Shown here one piece after another: positions 46,928-57,599 of a stretch of DNA of 64,000 nucleotides (its first letter is position 1; each line of letters begins with the position of its first letter). The notes beneath the pieces are model-generated. The model searched no databases. It was not told the DNA's origin and worked only from the letters and a program-made list of their open reading frames with translations. The position numbers and the translations under genes were made by a program. The DNA is from Candidatus Woesearchaeota archaeon (GTDB lineage: Archaea > Nanobdellota > Nanobdellia > Pacearchaeales > GW2011-AR1). Location: positions 7,483 through 71,482 of the forward strand of contig CAYIHY010000001.1 of the NCBI GenBank assembly GCA_964363345.1. Reading direction: 5' to 3'.

Positions 46928-48318
46928 TTTTTGTCTAATCCCAAAAAAGCAATCCCCGCATTTAGATATATTTTAAATTTTTCAAGGTCTTTAATATTTT
47001 TCAATGCCTTAAGAATTATTTTTGGTCTGAAATAAAATTCCCGATAAGCTTTTTTTTGCATTTCCAAAAGCATTTTTCCGTCAAGATTTCCATGCTTGAA
47101 TATCACATGCCCATAAGCGATATAATCTCGGTAACTTTTTGGGTATATTTCTCCCTCTTCTTTTATTATTTTCCAATAATCTGTATTCGGAAAAGGAATT
47201 GTTATATGAAATGTTGCAGTATCCAAATCAAGGGATTTTGCAAAATTTATTGTGTCTTTCATAGTTTTTTCATCTTCCCCAAAATTTCCAAACATAAATA
47301 ATCCTCGCGTTTCAATTCCCGCTTCTTTGCACCATTTTACCGCAGTTCTGACTTTTTCTAAATCAATACTCTTCTTCATTTTTTTCAAAATCTCTTCATT
47401 TCCGGATTCTATTCCCAAGGAGACCATGTAGCATCCCGCATTTTTCATTTTTCTAAGTAATTCAGGATTTATTCGGTCTACTCTTATTCCGTTAGAGCAC
47501 CTCCAGCTCATTTTTTTGTTTAATCCTTTTTCTATCATCAAATTGCAGAATTTTTCAACACGGTCTATAAAAAGAGTAAAATTGTCGTCGACAAAATCCC
47601 AGTCTCTTGCACCTCTTTTGTAAATTTCTTCAACTTCTGCAATAATACTTTCCGGGCTTCTGAATCGGAATTTTCTGCCGTGAACTAAATGGTCTGCGCA
47701 GAAAAGACATTGATACGGACATCCCCTTGAGCTTAAAATATAATCACTCGGTTTTTGTTTTGAACCCGCACTAAAATATTTATCCATTGGCAATAATTCT
47801 CTTGCAGGAAAAGGAAGTTCATCCAATTTTTCATTTAGTTCTCTTTCTGTATTGTGAACTATTTTTCCATTTTTTCTGTAAGATAAACCTTTAATCTTTG
47901 AAATATTTTCTCCAAGAACAAATTCTAACATCGCAAATTCCCCCTCTCCTCTTACAAGATAATCAAATCTTTCAAATTTTTCTAAAGTTTCCTGGGGCAT
48001 AGAACTTGCATGAATCCCCCCGATAATAACTTTAATTTCTTTTTTGCACAGCCTTGCCAGTTCATGCGCTTCTTCGATCAGAGAAGTAGTTGAAGTAATA
48101 CCAACAATATTCGGAGAATAATTTTCAATTTCTTTTTCTATCTGAGAATGAGTTAAATCAAGTGCATTCGCTTCTAATATTTTAACTTCGACATTATTTT
48201 TTTTCAAAACTGCTGCAATATATGCTAGCCCGAGGGGGGGAAAAATTGGAGTTATTTCCTTTTTCTTGGCATAAGCATAAATTCTCCGATAATTCGGCTG
48301 TATCAATAATACTTTCAT
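46924..48318 (-). CDS. B12-binding-domain radical SAM protein
   Basis: PPLGLAYIAA, GGIHAS, RGEGE, SRGCPYQCLFC, DDNF, GIESG. Confidence 0.92.
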   Translation of the reverse strand: MKVLLIQPNYRRIYAYAKKKEITPIFPPLGLAYIAAVLKKNNVEVKILEANALDLTHSQIEKEIENYSPNIVGITSTTSLIEEAHELARLCKKEIKVIIGGIHASSMPQETLEKFERFDYLVRGEGEFAMLEFVLGENISKIKGLSYRKNGKIVHNTERELNEKLDELPFPARELLPMDKYFSAGSKQKPSDYILSSRGCPYQCLFCADHLVHGRKFRFRSPESIIAEVEEIYKRGARDWDFVDDNFTLFIDRVEKFCNLMIEKGLNKKMSWRCSNGIRVDRINPELLRKMKNAGCYMVSLGIESGNEEILKKMKKSIDLEKVRTAVKWCKEAGIETRGLFMFGNFGEDEKTMKDTINFAKSLDLDTATFHITIPFPNTDYWKIIKEEGEIYPKSYRDYIAYGHVIFKHGNLDGKMLLEMQKKAYREFYFRPKIILKALKNIKDLEKFKIYLNAGIAFLGLDKK

Positions 48319-48367
48319 TTTACCTTAGAAATCTCTAAATAATGACATTAATAAATATTATCCTTGT

Positions 48368-49504
48368 TCAAACCAGCTTTTGCAGGTAATATATAGAATA
48401 CAATTTGAGTATTCTGTCTTTTAGAGGCTTTATTTTGTTGGTTAATTTTTTTAGATATTTTAAGGATTCCTCTTCTTCCCCCAAGGAATAAAGAATCAGG
48501 GATAGTGCAATAGTTATTCCAGCATCTCTCCATCTCATCAGACTCTTCAGCAAAAATTCTTTTTTTCTCAATCCTTCTAAAAAAAATCGAATATTCAAAT
48601 AATATTGCGCAGGAAAGAAAAATTTGCCCCCAAGATAATCATTAAAATAAACATAAGGCAATTTTTTGTAAGTTTCTCTGCATATAATCTTCCAGTCATC
48701 TGATTTTATCTCGAGCTGTTCTTTAAGGATTTTTTTCAATCCCCATTCAACCCATTTTTTTGATTCATTAAAAAAAGAGTCAACATTTTTTATTATGTAT
48801 CCATCATACAATTTTGCTTTTGTAGCTTCACTTAGAAATTTTTTTAATTCTTCGGGAAAATCAAGAGAGTAGAAAACTTTTTCTCTTTCTTCTGCTTTTG
48901 ATAAATACTTCCCCCCAAGAATAAGCAATGCAGAGCATAAATCAACAAAACCCTTGATTGCATAAATTGATTTAATTTTTTCTGAATTTCCCTCGGCAAT
49001 TGCAAAATGGTCAAATTTGTTAAATAATAATCGTATTGCATCAGATTTTGAAATCTTTGTAGGGGGGATTTTTTCTAGAATATTTTCATCTCCATAAATT
49101 ACTAAACTTGTTCTTAAATCAAAAGTTCTCTGGGTGGGATATAATTTACCCAACTCATTGCTAAGAATGCAGTGCAGGTCAACATGAAAAAATTTATTTT
49201 CATCATAAGTTTTTTCGAAATTTTCAACAATTTCAAGTCCGCCTCTCCCAATTGCAGCAGAGCATTTCTCTCCAAGTTTTTCTAACAATCGTCCGCTTGC
49301 TTTTTTTTTTGTTATCAAATAAAGATCATAATCATTTAATGGAGTTATTTTCCCTTTAATTTTTTTAAAGCTCCCATTTCCGTGCCCAAATCCTCCAAAA
49401 AAAACTATTGCAATCGGATTAATCTCTTTCAAAACTATTTTCTTTATAATTTCTAAATCTCTTTCAATTTTTTTATCAGCTTCTTTTGATGTGGTGTATT
49501 TCAT
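48368..49504 (-). CDS. Pol-beta-type nucleotidyltransferase-fold protein
   Basis: hG-G-F-GHG...NDYDL and downstream VDL acidic residue; helical C-terminus; ATG 49504. Confidence 0.6.
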   Translation of the reverse strand: MKYTTSKEADKKIERDLEIIKKIVLKEINPIAIVFFGGFGHGNGSFKKIKGKITPLNDYDLYLITKKKASGRLLEKLGEKCSAAIGRGGLEIVENFEKTYDENKFFHVDLHCILSNELGKLYPTQRTFDLRTSLVIYGDENILEKIPPTKISKSDAIRLLFNKFDHFAIAEGNSEKIKSIYAIKGFVDLCSALLILGGKYLSKAEEREKVFYSLDFPEELKKFLSEATKAKLYDGYIIKNVDSFFNESKKWVEWGLKKILKEQLEIKSDDWKIICRETYKKLPYVYFNDYLGGKFFFPAQYYLNIRFFLEGLRKKEFLLKSLMRWRDAGITIALSLILYSLGEEEESLKYLKKLTNKIKPLKDRILKLYSIYYLQKLV

Positions 49505-50441
49505 TTTTTTTATCCAATAAAATAACAATTATCGCGATTATCGAAGGAATTACACTTGCAATAATTATGCTCAAAATTGACATTGAAAATACCTTTGTTG
49601 CCCCAATTCCCAGTACTCCAAATAGTCCAATCAAAGTTAATTCCCTTGTTCCAAAGCCGTTTATGGTTATTGGAATTTGGGCAATTAATGTTGCTATCGG
49701 CAATATTATAAGGAAATATTTGAAACTTATATTTATTCCTAAAGCTAAACCAATAAGATAGATATTAACATAATTAACAACCCAAGTCATCAAATTAACG
49801 ATGAGAGCCATGAATAAAAACGGCACAGAAGGAAGGTCTTCATAAAATGAATTAAATAAAATTCTGCTTTTTTCTTTTAATCTTTGAGGAATAAATTTTT
49901 TATATACAAATCCCAGCAAAAATCTGCTGCTGTCTTTATTGTAAAAAACAATAAATAATAACATTAACAAAATAAATGTTCCAATTAAAATATACCATTC
50001 TCCGTTGGGAATTATTTTTTTATATATTGTAAATCCAAATACAATCAACAGGATGAATAATGAACAAAAATCAAGAACTTTATCTATAACAAAATTGCTT
50101 ACCCCCTTTCCTGTTTCTGCTCCTTTCTTTTTTAGATAATCTGTCCGGATAATTGTTCCTATTTTTCCAGGAGTCACAAACCCATAAAAATTTGAAATAA
50201 AATTTATCTTAAAAGCTTCGTTGAATGAGATGTTTATTTTTTGCCTTTTCGCAAGGATAAACCATTTTAATGTCTGGAAAATTAAAAAAATTAAAACAAA
50301 AACAAAAGAAAGAGCAATATAACTCCAATTTAGATTATTAAACTCTGAAAATATTTTTGTAACATCTAATTTTACAAGAAGGTAAATAAATATAGCAACT
50401 CCGACGATTGGAAGATATTTTTTAATTGTTCCCCATTTCAT
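49476..50441 (-). CDS. UPF0104/lysylphosphatidylglycerol synthase TM-domain (flippase-like) membrane protein
   Basis: KW, TPGKIG, DK..D, IPITINGFGTRE motif; about 8 TM. Confidence 0.85.
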   Translation of the reverse strand: MKWGTIKKYLPIVGVAIFIYLLVKLDVTKIFSEFNNLNWSYIALSFVFVLIFLIFQTLKWFILAKRQKINISFNEAFKINFISNFYGFVTPGKIGTIIRTDYLKKKGAETGKGVSNFVIDKVLDFCSLFILLIVFGFTIYKKIIPNGEWYILIGTFILLMLLFIVFYNKDSSRFLLGFVYKKFIPQRLKEKSRILFNSFYEDLPSVPFLFMALIVNLMTWVVNYVNIYLIGLALGINISFKYFLIILPIATLIAQIPITINGFGTRELTLIGLFGVLGIGATKVFSMSILSIIIASVIPSIIAIIVILLDKKNEIHHIKRS

Positions 50442-50485
50442 AAAAATCAATGATTTTTTGTCAATAAAAACCTTTTGTATTATTC

Positions 50486-51943
50486 TTACTTCTTCACAAA
50501 ATCTTTCAAATGGCCGAAAACGGCTTTGACTCCTCTCAAATTAAATTTGAAATCATTCCAGGTTCTGATATTTTTCATTCTTTGAAAAATATAATTTGGA
50601 GTTAAAAAAATTGTATAAATTTTTCCGCAGATTCCTGCAATTTCCTGGGCATTTCCGTTTTCAATTTTCAAAACCGGTTCTCTCATGTCATATCTTTCAT
50701 ATTCAAGAGGATTAAACAAAAACCAATTATTTTCTTTTGCTTCTTTCCATAACGGAGTTCCAGGATATGGAACAAGAACTGTTGCCTGAAGTAAATCCGC
50801 TTTTCCGCTTTGCATTAATTTTCTTGCAAGTTTAAAAGTGTACATAGCATCTTCTTTTGTTTCCCAGGGGTAGCCAACAATCATAGTAAGATGAACTGTA
50901 AGTCCTGCCTTTTTTGCCATTCTGCATCCGTTTAAAATATCTTCAACCTTTATCCCCTTGTTTAATCTGTCAAGTGTTTTTTGATTCGCACTTTCTAATC
51001 CGAATTTTAATAATCTAAACCCTGCCTTTTTCATCAAAATAAATTCTTCTTGATTCAGAGCCCCGAAACGCATGTTGCATGAATATTTTATTTTTTTGTT
51101 GTATCCTCGTTTAATTAATCCTTCGCATAAATCTTTCAGCCATTTTCCCGTCATCAAAGTTCCGGAGTCATCAAAAATTTCCTTAACCTTATATTTTTCA
51201 ATTAGCATTCCTATTTCATTTAAAACATTTTCAACACTTCTTACTCTAAATCTCGGAAACAGCGTTGGCCACGCGCAGAATTTGCATTTTCCCCACCAGC
51301 AGTCTCGGCCAGACATTATATAAAAAAATGGATTTCCCTGAAGGTTATACTCTTTTTCATAAAGCTTCCATTTAGTTAATTCTCTGTCAATAAATGGAGC
51401 TTCATCAAGTCCGTGCCTCAAAGCAAATTCCCCCGAATTGATTATTTTTCTATTTTTTTTGTAATAAACTCCTGCAGGACATTTTTTTATTTTTCCAGAA
51501 ATCCAATCACATAATTCCATCAAACTAAAATCAAAATCTCCACCCCTTATAACAAAATCAGCTTCAGAATTTTTCAAGCTTTCTTCTGGAAATGAAGTAA
51601 CATGATCCCCCAAAAGAGCAATTTTCATTTCAGGAAATTTTTTCTTTAGTTCGTTGATAATTTTCCAATGCTGTTTTATTACCGGAGTTTTTGTTTCAAA
51701 TGCAAATAAATTAGGTTTTTCATTTTCTATCTTTTTGATAAATTCATTCCACTGAATTTTTTCTGCAATTGAATCGACCCAGAAAACTTCATGCCCCTCT
51801 TTTTTCAATAAAGTCGCTGCACTTCCAAGAATAACAGGAAATAAATAACTTGGATTTGAAAACCACTGAAATTGCCTGTTTTGGCTCAGCAACGCAATTC
51901 CCTTTTCAGAGTTTGTCGGAGGATAACCAATAAATATCTTCAT
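50486..51943 (-). CDS. B12-binding-domain radical SAM protein (CX4CX2C variant)
   Basis: LGDHVT, GRDCWWGKCKFC, FGLES, VPYPGT. Confidence 0.88.
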   Translation of the reverse strand: MKIFIGYPPTNSEKGIALLSQNRQFQWFSNPSYLFPVILGSAATLLKKEGHEVFWVDSIAEKIQWNEFIKKIENEKPNLFAFETKTPVIKQHWKIINELKKKFPEMKIALLGDHVTSFPEESLKNSEADFVIRGGDFDFSLMELCDWISGKIKKCPAGVYYKKNRKIINSGEFALRHGLDEAPFIDRELTKWKLYEKEYNLQGNPFFYIMSGRDCWWGKCKFCAWPTLFPRFRVRSVENVLNEIGMLIEKYKVKEIFDDSGTLMTGKWLKDLCEGLIKRGYNKKIKYSCNMRFGALNQEEFILMKKAGFRLLKFGLESANQKTLDRLNKGIKVEDILNGCRMAKKAGLTVHLTMIVGYPWETKEDAMYTFKLARKLMQSGKADLLQATVLVPYPGTPLWKEAKENNWFLFNPLEYERYDMREPVLKIENGNAQEIAGICGKIYTIFLTPNYIFQRMKNIRTWNDFKFNLRGVKAVFGHLKDFVKK

Positions 51944-51984
51944 AAAGTTAGTGGATTTTCAGGTTATTTAAATTTTATTAAGCT

Positions 51985-52767
51985 CTACTTAATTTTAAGT
52001 TGTTGTGGAAGTTTTCTATAAAATCTTACAAAAAAATTGAAAGGAGAGTGAATTAGTCTAAGTCTTATCGCAGACAGAAACATCATTATTGGGGTTTTTT
52101 TAAGATTGACTTTTGAGCCAACCTCGTCGTGCCAGACTGTCGGGATAGATTTTATTTTTGCATGACTTTCTTTTTTAAGACAATACAACAACGCAATGTC
52201 AAATCCCCAATTGCTTGTAGCGAGTTTAGATATATTTTTTTCAAGAACTTCTCTTTTGAAAACTTTTGCTCCGCATTGAGTATCTCTGTAAGGAAATAAA
52301 AAAAGGCTTCTCACAATCCAATTATATCCTCTGCTGACGAATCTCCTAAACCCGCTTTGTTTCGGAGTTATAACGCTTCTTTTATTCCATCTGTCTGCAA
52401 TTGTTCCATCATACGCATTTATTTTCCTGATTAAATCATAATAAGCTTCTGGCGGAGTTGACATGTCTCCGTCGACAAAACCAATAAGTTTATTCTTCTC
52501 ATTTTTTAAAGCATCTTTAAATCCCTCGGTTATTGCAAAACCCTTCCCTCCTTTTTCAAATCGGATAAACCTAATTTCAGAATACTTCTTTGCAAATTTT
52601 TTAACCACTTCTTCAGTGTTATCTTTGGTATTATTTATAACAATTAAAATTTCAAAATCGCTAATTTCCCGACCCTTCTTTTTCTTTTCAAAAAAGGCCC
52701 CATAATTTTCCAAAATTTTGCCTATCCTTTTTTCTTCATTATACGCAGGAATTACTATCGAAATCAC
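51985..52767 (-). CDS. Dolichol-phosphate glycosyltransferase (GT2, DPM/DPG synthase-like)
   Basis: SIVIPAYNEE, GKG, FVDGD, DTQCGAK, FD; GTG start. Confidence 0.9.
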   Translation of the reverse strand: MISIVIPAYNEEKRIGKILENYGAFFEKKKKGREISDFEILIVINNTKDNTEEVVKKFAKKYSEIRFIRFEKGGKGFAITEGFKDALKNEKNKLIGFVDGDMSTPPEAYYDLIRKINAYDGTIADRWNKRSVITPKQSGFRRFVSRGYNWIVRSLFLFPYRDTQCGAKVFKREVLEKNISKLATSNWGFDIALLYCLKKESHAKIKSIPTVWHDEVGSKVNLKKTPIMMFLSAIRLRLIHSPFNFFVRFYRKLPQQLKIK

Positions 52768-52825
52768 AATTTAACTCCACTTATTCTGCTTAAAAGATTA
52801 ATTATTTCAGAATATATACATATTT

Positions 52826-53851
52826 TTAGAAATTGGGGATAGTTTGAAGCCCAATTAATTCTTTCCAGAAAATAACTAGCCCCAATATTATTATTAAAAT
52901 CTGGAACGCGTTAATCAAGTAAACCACATCTGTTTCATGAACTTTTTTAGTTGGTCTTATTTTTTTAAGAATTAAAATAGATAAATGTTCAAGCCCGTAA
53001 ATTTTGTCATAGGGAATTTCCAGGCTTCCATCTTGATTTACTTTAGCAAAACTTTGTTTTTTTAATTTCCCTCTTGATTTCAAAATTGTTTCAATTATAT
53101 ACGGAATAAAAAAGAAAATTGCTATTTTCTCTAGATTCCCTATTATTGCAATTGTTGCAATTAGTGCTCCAACAGAATACGTCAAAATATTTCCTGGAAA
53201 AACTTTTGCAGGATATTTATTAAATATATAAAAAGGAACCAGCGAAGCAACCATGCATAAGCAGATAATACTGAGCCATTTATTTCCCATAAAAAAAGTT
53301 ATTCCCGCAAGAGAAGAAAGAAGTATTATTCCCTGACTTGATTCTAACCCATTATATCCAGCGAGAAAATTAAAAGTTGCAGATGCTCCAACGATTCCAA
53401 TTGGAATTAAAAGAATTGGGTACAGCAATCCGAAATTTATTCCCAAAACATTTGATTCTCCCGCATTTATTACAATCAAAGGAATTGACGCAAAAAAAAG
53501 CAAAATCAATCTTGATCGAATAGATAACCCCCCTTTTTTCCACCCCAGTAAGTCATCAAGAATCCCAATAAATGCAATTACCAATACGACACTTAATAAT
53601 GCAAAAATTGCTATGATATTATCCTGAGATCTGAAATAAAATGTTTTTATCGCAATATAAGTAAATGTTCCGACGATAAAAGCTAAAAATACTGCGACTC
53701 CTCCAGAACCCGCAACTTCTTTGGGATGCTCTGGCTTGTTCATATCTTCCCAAATCAATCCGATCTCTTTTGCTTTTCTAATCCAAAAAGGAATTAAAAA
53801 CAAACACACAAAAAAACTGAGCAGCAATGGAAGAATTAAAATCAGATTCAT
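52826..53851 (-). CDS. UDP-GlcNAc:dolichol-phosphate GlcNAc-1-phosphate transferase (AglH/Alg7, MraY-like)
   Basis: DMNK, GILDD, FNFLAGYNGLE, NKYPAKVFPGN; adjacent to aglB. Confidence 0.9.
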   Translation of the reverse strand: MNLILILPLLLSFFVCLFLIPFWIRKAKEIGLIWEDMNKPEHPKEVAGSGGVAVFLAFIVGTFTYIAIKTFYFRSQDNIIAIFALLSVVLVIAFIGILDDLLGWKKGGLSIRSRLILLFFASIPLIVINAGESNVLGINFGLLYPILLIPIGIVGASATFNFLAGYNGLESSQGIILLSSLAGITFFMGNKWLSIICLCMVASLVPFYIFNKYPAKVFPGNILTYSVGALIATIAIIGNLEKIAIFFFIPYIIETILKSRGKLKKQSFAKVNQDGSLEIPYDKIYGLEHLSILILKKIRPTKKVHETDVVYLINAFQILIIILGLVIFWKELIGLQTIPNF

Positions 53852-56647
53852 CTAATACACTCCAGGGTTTACGGTTTCTAATTCAGCAGGATATTCTGTA
53901 TCAAGATAAGTTTGATTAAGTTTAATCTCTGTTGGATAAGATATCTCCCAGATTTTAATTGGACCTTGTACTCCCTGGTAATAAACAAAATCTTCAACAT
54001 TCATCCCCTGTTGTTTTAAACTATCCATCAATAAATTTCCTTCGGTATGAACTAATTTAAAATAATTTGAGGGTTCATTAAATAAATATAGTTTTACTAA
54101 TTCTGAATTAACTGTTCTCTCACTCAAATAAAATGCCGCTCCGATTGGATTAATCTTCGTTTTTCCGTCTGAAGATGGACTAATCGATGGGAATATATAA
54201 ATCCCCCCCTCAAATCCCGAATCAAAATTATACAATTTTCCATTTATGTAAATATGTTTCAATGGAAGTTGATGCTGATTCCCATTGTAACTTATGAAAA
54301 CTTTTGGTTGAGAGATTTCATTATTTTTGTTTTCTGAAAAAATAACCCCCATGATTATCGCTTTCCTTTGAGGAAGAAGAATTTCTTTTCCATTATCCAG
54401 AAAAATAAAATCCTGATCAATTGGGGTTCCAACAGGATATACATAATTTGTTCCATTATTTGTTTCACTAATCTGTGTTTCATCTAAGAATATTGTTGGG
54501 ATCCATGAATATCTATCATAGCTTCCATTTGAACCAATACTTGAAAATGCACCATATTTTCCAATATCCGTTGAATCAATTAAAAGATGAGTTCCCTTGT
54601 GGGTATAAAGGAAATCCAAGGCTTCTCTTTCGTTAGTTCCGGTTAAAACGTTTCTCCCCATAAAATAATCCCAGTATCCAATTGCATTTCCGCCATCTAA
54701 TATAGTCGCTCTTTCGCCTATTGATTGCACCCAGTATCCATAATCCCACCAGTGTGCGAATACCGCGGTCGTCGGAGTATTATCTCGTACCCAGGCCATT
54801 GTTTTTTGCCATTGCCATTGATACAATCCGGGAACATAATTTTCCGCAGTATTTTTATCTGTTTGATAATATGTCCAAATAGTAAAAATCGCAGACATTA
54901 AAATCAGAAGAACTAAAATTCCCCCAATCAATTTTTTAAAATCTTCTTTTTCAGAAAGATAATTTTTTATTGTTTTAACTATTAAAAATCCAATAACTAT
55001 CGGACTTACCGCCCCGAGAACCATGATAAGTCTTACTGCGCCTCTCGCCGCCATGATTGTTATTGTTAAGATGATTAAATAAAATATATAAGCAAAATTT
55101 AATTCTGAAAATTCAGCAACTTTTCCTTCTTTATTTTTTTTGTAATACAGCCTAACCAAAGTCCCGATAAAAAATAAAGCCCCCCCAAAATAAACTAGCA
55201 AACTTAGCAGATTATCCCCATTAAGGATACTGCTCGAAGAATATTTGCTGAATATTAAACTACTTAAAAAAATCAGGTAACTTATTATTAAAATTCTTTT
55301 CTCTTTTTTCTCCAAATATTTTACTGCATAGCTAAAAAGAAATACTGCCCCCGCAAAAAATAACCAAAAATAAAGAGGGATATTAAATGCAGAAGGACCA
55401 AAAGAATCCGCCCAATCATTCATAAAATAAGATTGTTTGTTTTCTGCAACGGTTATACTGAATCTCCCTTGACTTATCGGATTGATTGTACTGGAAATAA
55501 CATCTTCAACCATTCTTGGAACAAATGAGATTCCAACTGTAACAGAAGCCAATATCACTAATAATAATCCTCCTAAGATAACCGAACTTATTTGGTGAGG
55601 TAATTTTATCTTGTTGAATTTTTGTTTAATCTTCGAGTCTTTTCCGAATATGATTAAGTCAATTAGTAAGATAAAAAAGACAATAAAACATAATGCCGTT
55701 GAAGTGGATTTAATTAGGTCTATAATATTATATCTTTCTGAGAAAGGAGTTGTGAATGCAATAAACCCGACAATCCAGACCGAAAAATAATAAAATTTAT
55801 TTCTATCGATTCTTCCAAGAATAAATTCTATAAAAACAGTTCCCGCAATAATCACAAATACCAAGTCTCCAAATCCGGAAATTAAACTTAAGATTCCTGT
55901 TGAAATCCCGGCAAGGGTCCCGAATATAAGCCCTCTTTTTAATTTATCTGAAGTAAAGGCTTCAAGGAAAAAATAAAATGCAATGAATATAAAAAAGAAA
56001 GCCGCGGATTCTTTTTCAGGAATTCCTGCAATTGCTCTTGGCAAAAGTGAAGGGACTAAAACGAAAAAAGCAGTTGATATCAATGCGATTACATTAGCTG
56101 TTTTTTTATCTTCTTTATAGAATAATTTCCTTGCAAAAATAAAAAATGCAATTCCAGTCAGAACTGCCATAACTACTGGGAAAATAATTGCAGCATATGT
56201 AACGCTGGCGTTGCTGTTAAAAATAGAAATTAAATGATAAAACCAGCTTATCATATAAGGAAGAAGAATTGTTTCCCCCGAAGGGTCAACCGGAGAACAG
56301 GATGCTCCTGAACAAATCTGCGCTGTTGGGACATATCTCATCAAATCTAATACGAATAATTTTCCGTGTTCTGCAATATATTTTGCCCATCGTAAAAATA
56401 AAAAAGGATCCAAGTCTGGCCCCAAAGTCCAGTTATTTGTGGCAATATCCCACAACCCCGGTTTTCCCGTTGAGGGATTTATTTTCATTGGCAAGATTCT
56501 GATATAAACACTAACAGAAAGTATTACCGCAAGTATAGCATAAATTACTAAATTTGTTTTTTCTTTAAAAAAATGAATTAGATTTTTTTTTCTGTTTTCT
56601 ATCTCTTTGCCGATAGAATCTTCTTTTGAATTATTCATCACTTCCAT
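53852..56647 (-). CDS. aglB: Oligosaccharyltransferase AglB (STT3)
   Basis: DPF, EKE, TVAE, WWDYG, DGGN and DxxK motifs; many TM segments. Confidence 0.95.
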   Translation of the reverse strand: MEVMNNSKEDSIGKEIENRKKNLIHFFKEKTNLVIYAILAVILSVSVYIRILPMKINPSTGKPGLWDIATNNWTLGPDLDPFLFLRWAKYIAEHGKLFVLDLMRYVPTAQICSGASCSPVDPSGETILLPYMISWFYHLISIFNSNASVTYAAIIFPVVMAVLTGIAFFIFARKLFYKEDKKTANVIALISTAFFVLVPSLLPRAIAGIPEKESAAFFFIFIAFYFFLEAFTSDKLKRGLIFGTLAGISTGILSLISGFGDLVFVIIAGTVFIEFILGRIDRNKFYYFSVWIVGFIAFTTPFSERYNIIDLIKSTSTALCFIVFFILLIDLIIFGKDSKIKQKFNKIKLPHQISSVILGGLLLVILASVTVGISFVPRMVEDVISSTINPISQGRFSITVAENKQSYFMNDWADSFGPSAFNIPLYFWLFFAGAVFLFSYAVKYLEKKEKRILIISYLIFLSSLIFSKYSSSSILNGDNLLSLLVYFGGALFFIGTLVRLYYKKNKEGKVAEFSELNFAYIFYLIILTITIMAARGAVRLIMVLGAVSPIVIGFLIVKTIKNYLSEKEDFKKLIGGILVLLILMSAIFTIWTYYQTDKNTAENYVPGLYQWQWQKTMAWVRDNTPTTAVFAHWWDYGYWVQSIGERATILDGGNAIGYWDYFMGRNVLTGTNEREALDFLYTHKGTHLLIDSTDIGKYGAFSSIGSNGSYDRYSWIPTIFLDETQISETNNGTNYVYPVGTPIDQDFIFLDNGKEILLPQRKAIIMGVIFSENKNNEISQPKVFISYNGNQHQLPLKHIYINGKLYNFDSGFEGGIYIFPSISPSSDGKTKINPIGAAFYLSERTVNSELVKLYLFNEPSNYFKLVHTEGNLLMDSLKQQGMNVEDFVYYQGVQGPIKIWEISYPTEIKLNQTYLDTEYPAELETVNPGVY

Positions 56648-56688
56648 CCTCAAAAATTGGAGTAAAAAACCTATTTAAACATTATGTA

Positions 56689-57549
56689 TTATTTGAACAG
56701 AAGCGGAGTAAAATAAACTTCTATAACTGCTGCACCGACTAAGATTATTGACGCAATTAAGATTAATGCGATTACATTAAGAACAACTTTGACGAATTTT
56801 TTATTTCCAATTCCGTGTCTTATTACTCCGACCCCCAAAATTCCGCCTGCAAGCGCAGTAATGAAATAAGCTGCAATTTCAGGGAATCCATGAATCATAT
56901 ATCTAACTAATCCTAATGGAATCTCGCTGATTTTATAACTTGTGAATATTCCTATCGCCGCAGAGATAACACTTGCATTCCACGCTAAAACAAAAATTGC
57001 TCCTGCTCCGAAAATCAATGAAAAAATTAAAGTAAATATCATCACTCCGAAATTATTTTCTATTATAGAAAAAAATCTTGCCCCATTATTTAATGCGTTT
57101 GTTGATACTACTTGACTAGTGAAAGAATATTGTGCAATGCAATTTTCAACTGCTCCGGGATTATTTATATTGCAATAAGTTTCTATCTGCGCATTTAATA
57201 AATTGGGATCCTGAAGAACCGCATATCCGACGGAAAATGCGACTATAAAACCAAGGAAAAGCCAGAGGAATGCATAAATTGCATCTTTGTGCATTTTCCA
57301 AACTCCTAAAAATCCCTCTGTTTCTTCGTCTTCCATTTCTTCCTGCCTGAAAATAAAATACATAAATGGAATTGAAAACATCACACAAAATAAAACAACC
57401 ATCAGTCCAGAAAATTTCGCAAGGATTGTATCACTCTTAAAAAGAAAATGAACTAACAAAAGTGAAAGCGATGCATACAAAAAACCAATGAAAAACATTT
57501 TCCATGGTCCCTTCTCAGCTCTTTTTGGATTAATCAAAGACTCTAACAT
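56689..57549 (-). CDS. Stage II sporulation protein M (DUF95)-family membrane protein
   Basis: IIENN, AWNA, HGFPE, AAVIE. Confidence 0.82.
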   Translation of the reverse strand: MLESLINPKRAEKGPWKMFFIGFLYASLSLLLVHFLFKSDTILAKFSGLMVVLFCVMFSIPFMYFIFRQEEMEDEETEGFLGVWKMHKDAIYAFLWLFLGFIVAFSVGYAVLQDPNLLNAQIETYCNINNPGAVENCIAQYSFTSQVVSTNALNNGARFFSIIENNFGVMIFTLIFSLIFGAGAIFVLAWNASVISAAIGIFTSYKISEIPLGLVRYMIHGFPEIAAYFITALAGGILGVGVIRHGIGNKKFVKVVLNVIALILIASIILVGAAVIEVYFTPLLFK

Positions 57550-57570
57550 ACAATCTTATAGAAAAGAGAT

Positions 57571-57578
57571 TTTTTAAA
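57571..57578. promoter_or_regulatory. Shared TATA box between divergent SpoIIM-like and R15P-isomerase-like genes
   Basis: TTTTTAAA/TTTAAAAA centred in a 50-bp spacer, 21 nt from ATG 57549 and ATG 57600. Confidence 0.65.
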
Positions 57579-57599
57579 CTTTCATATCTTATTTTCTTA

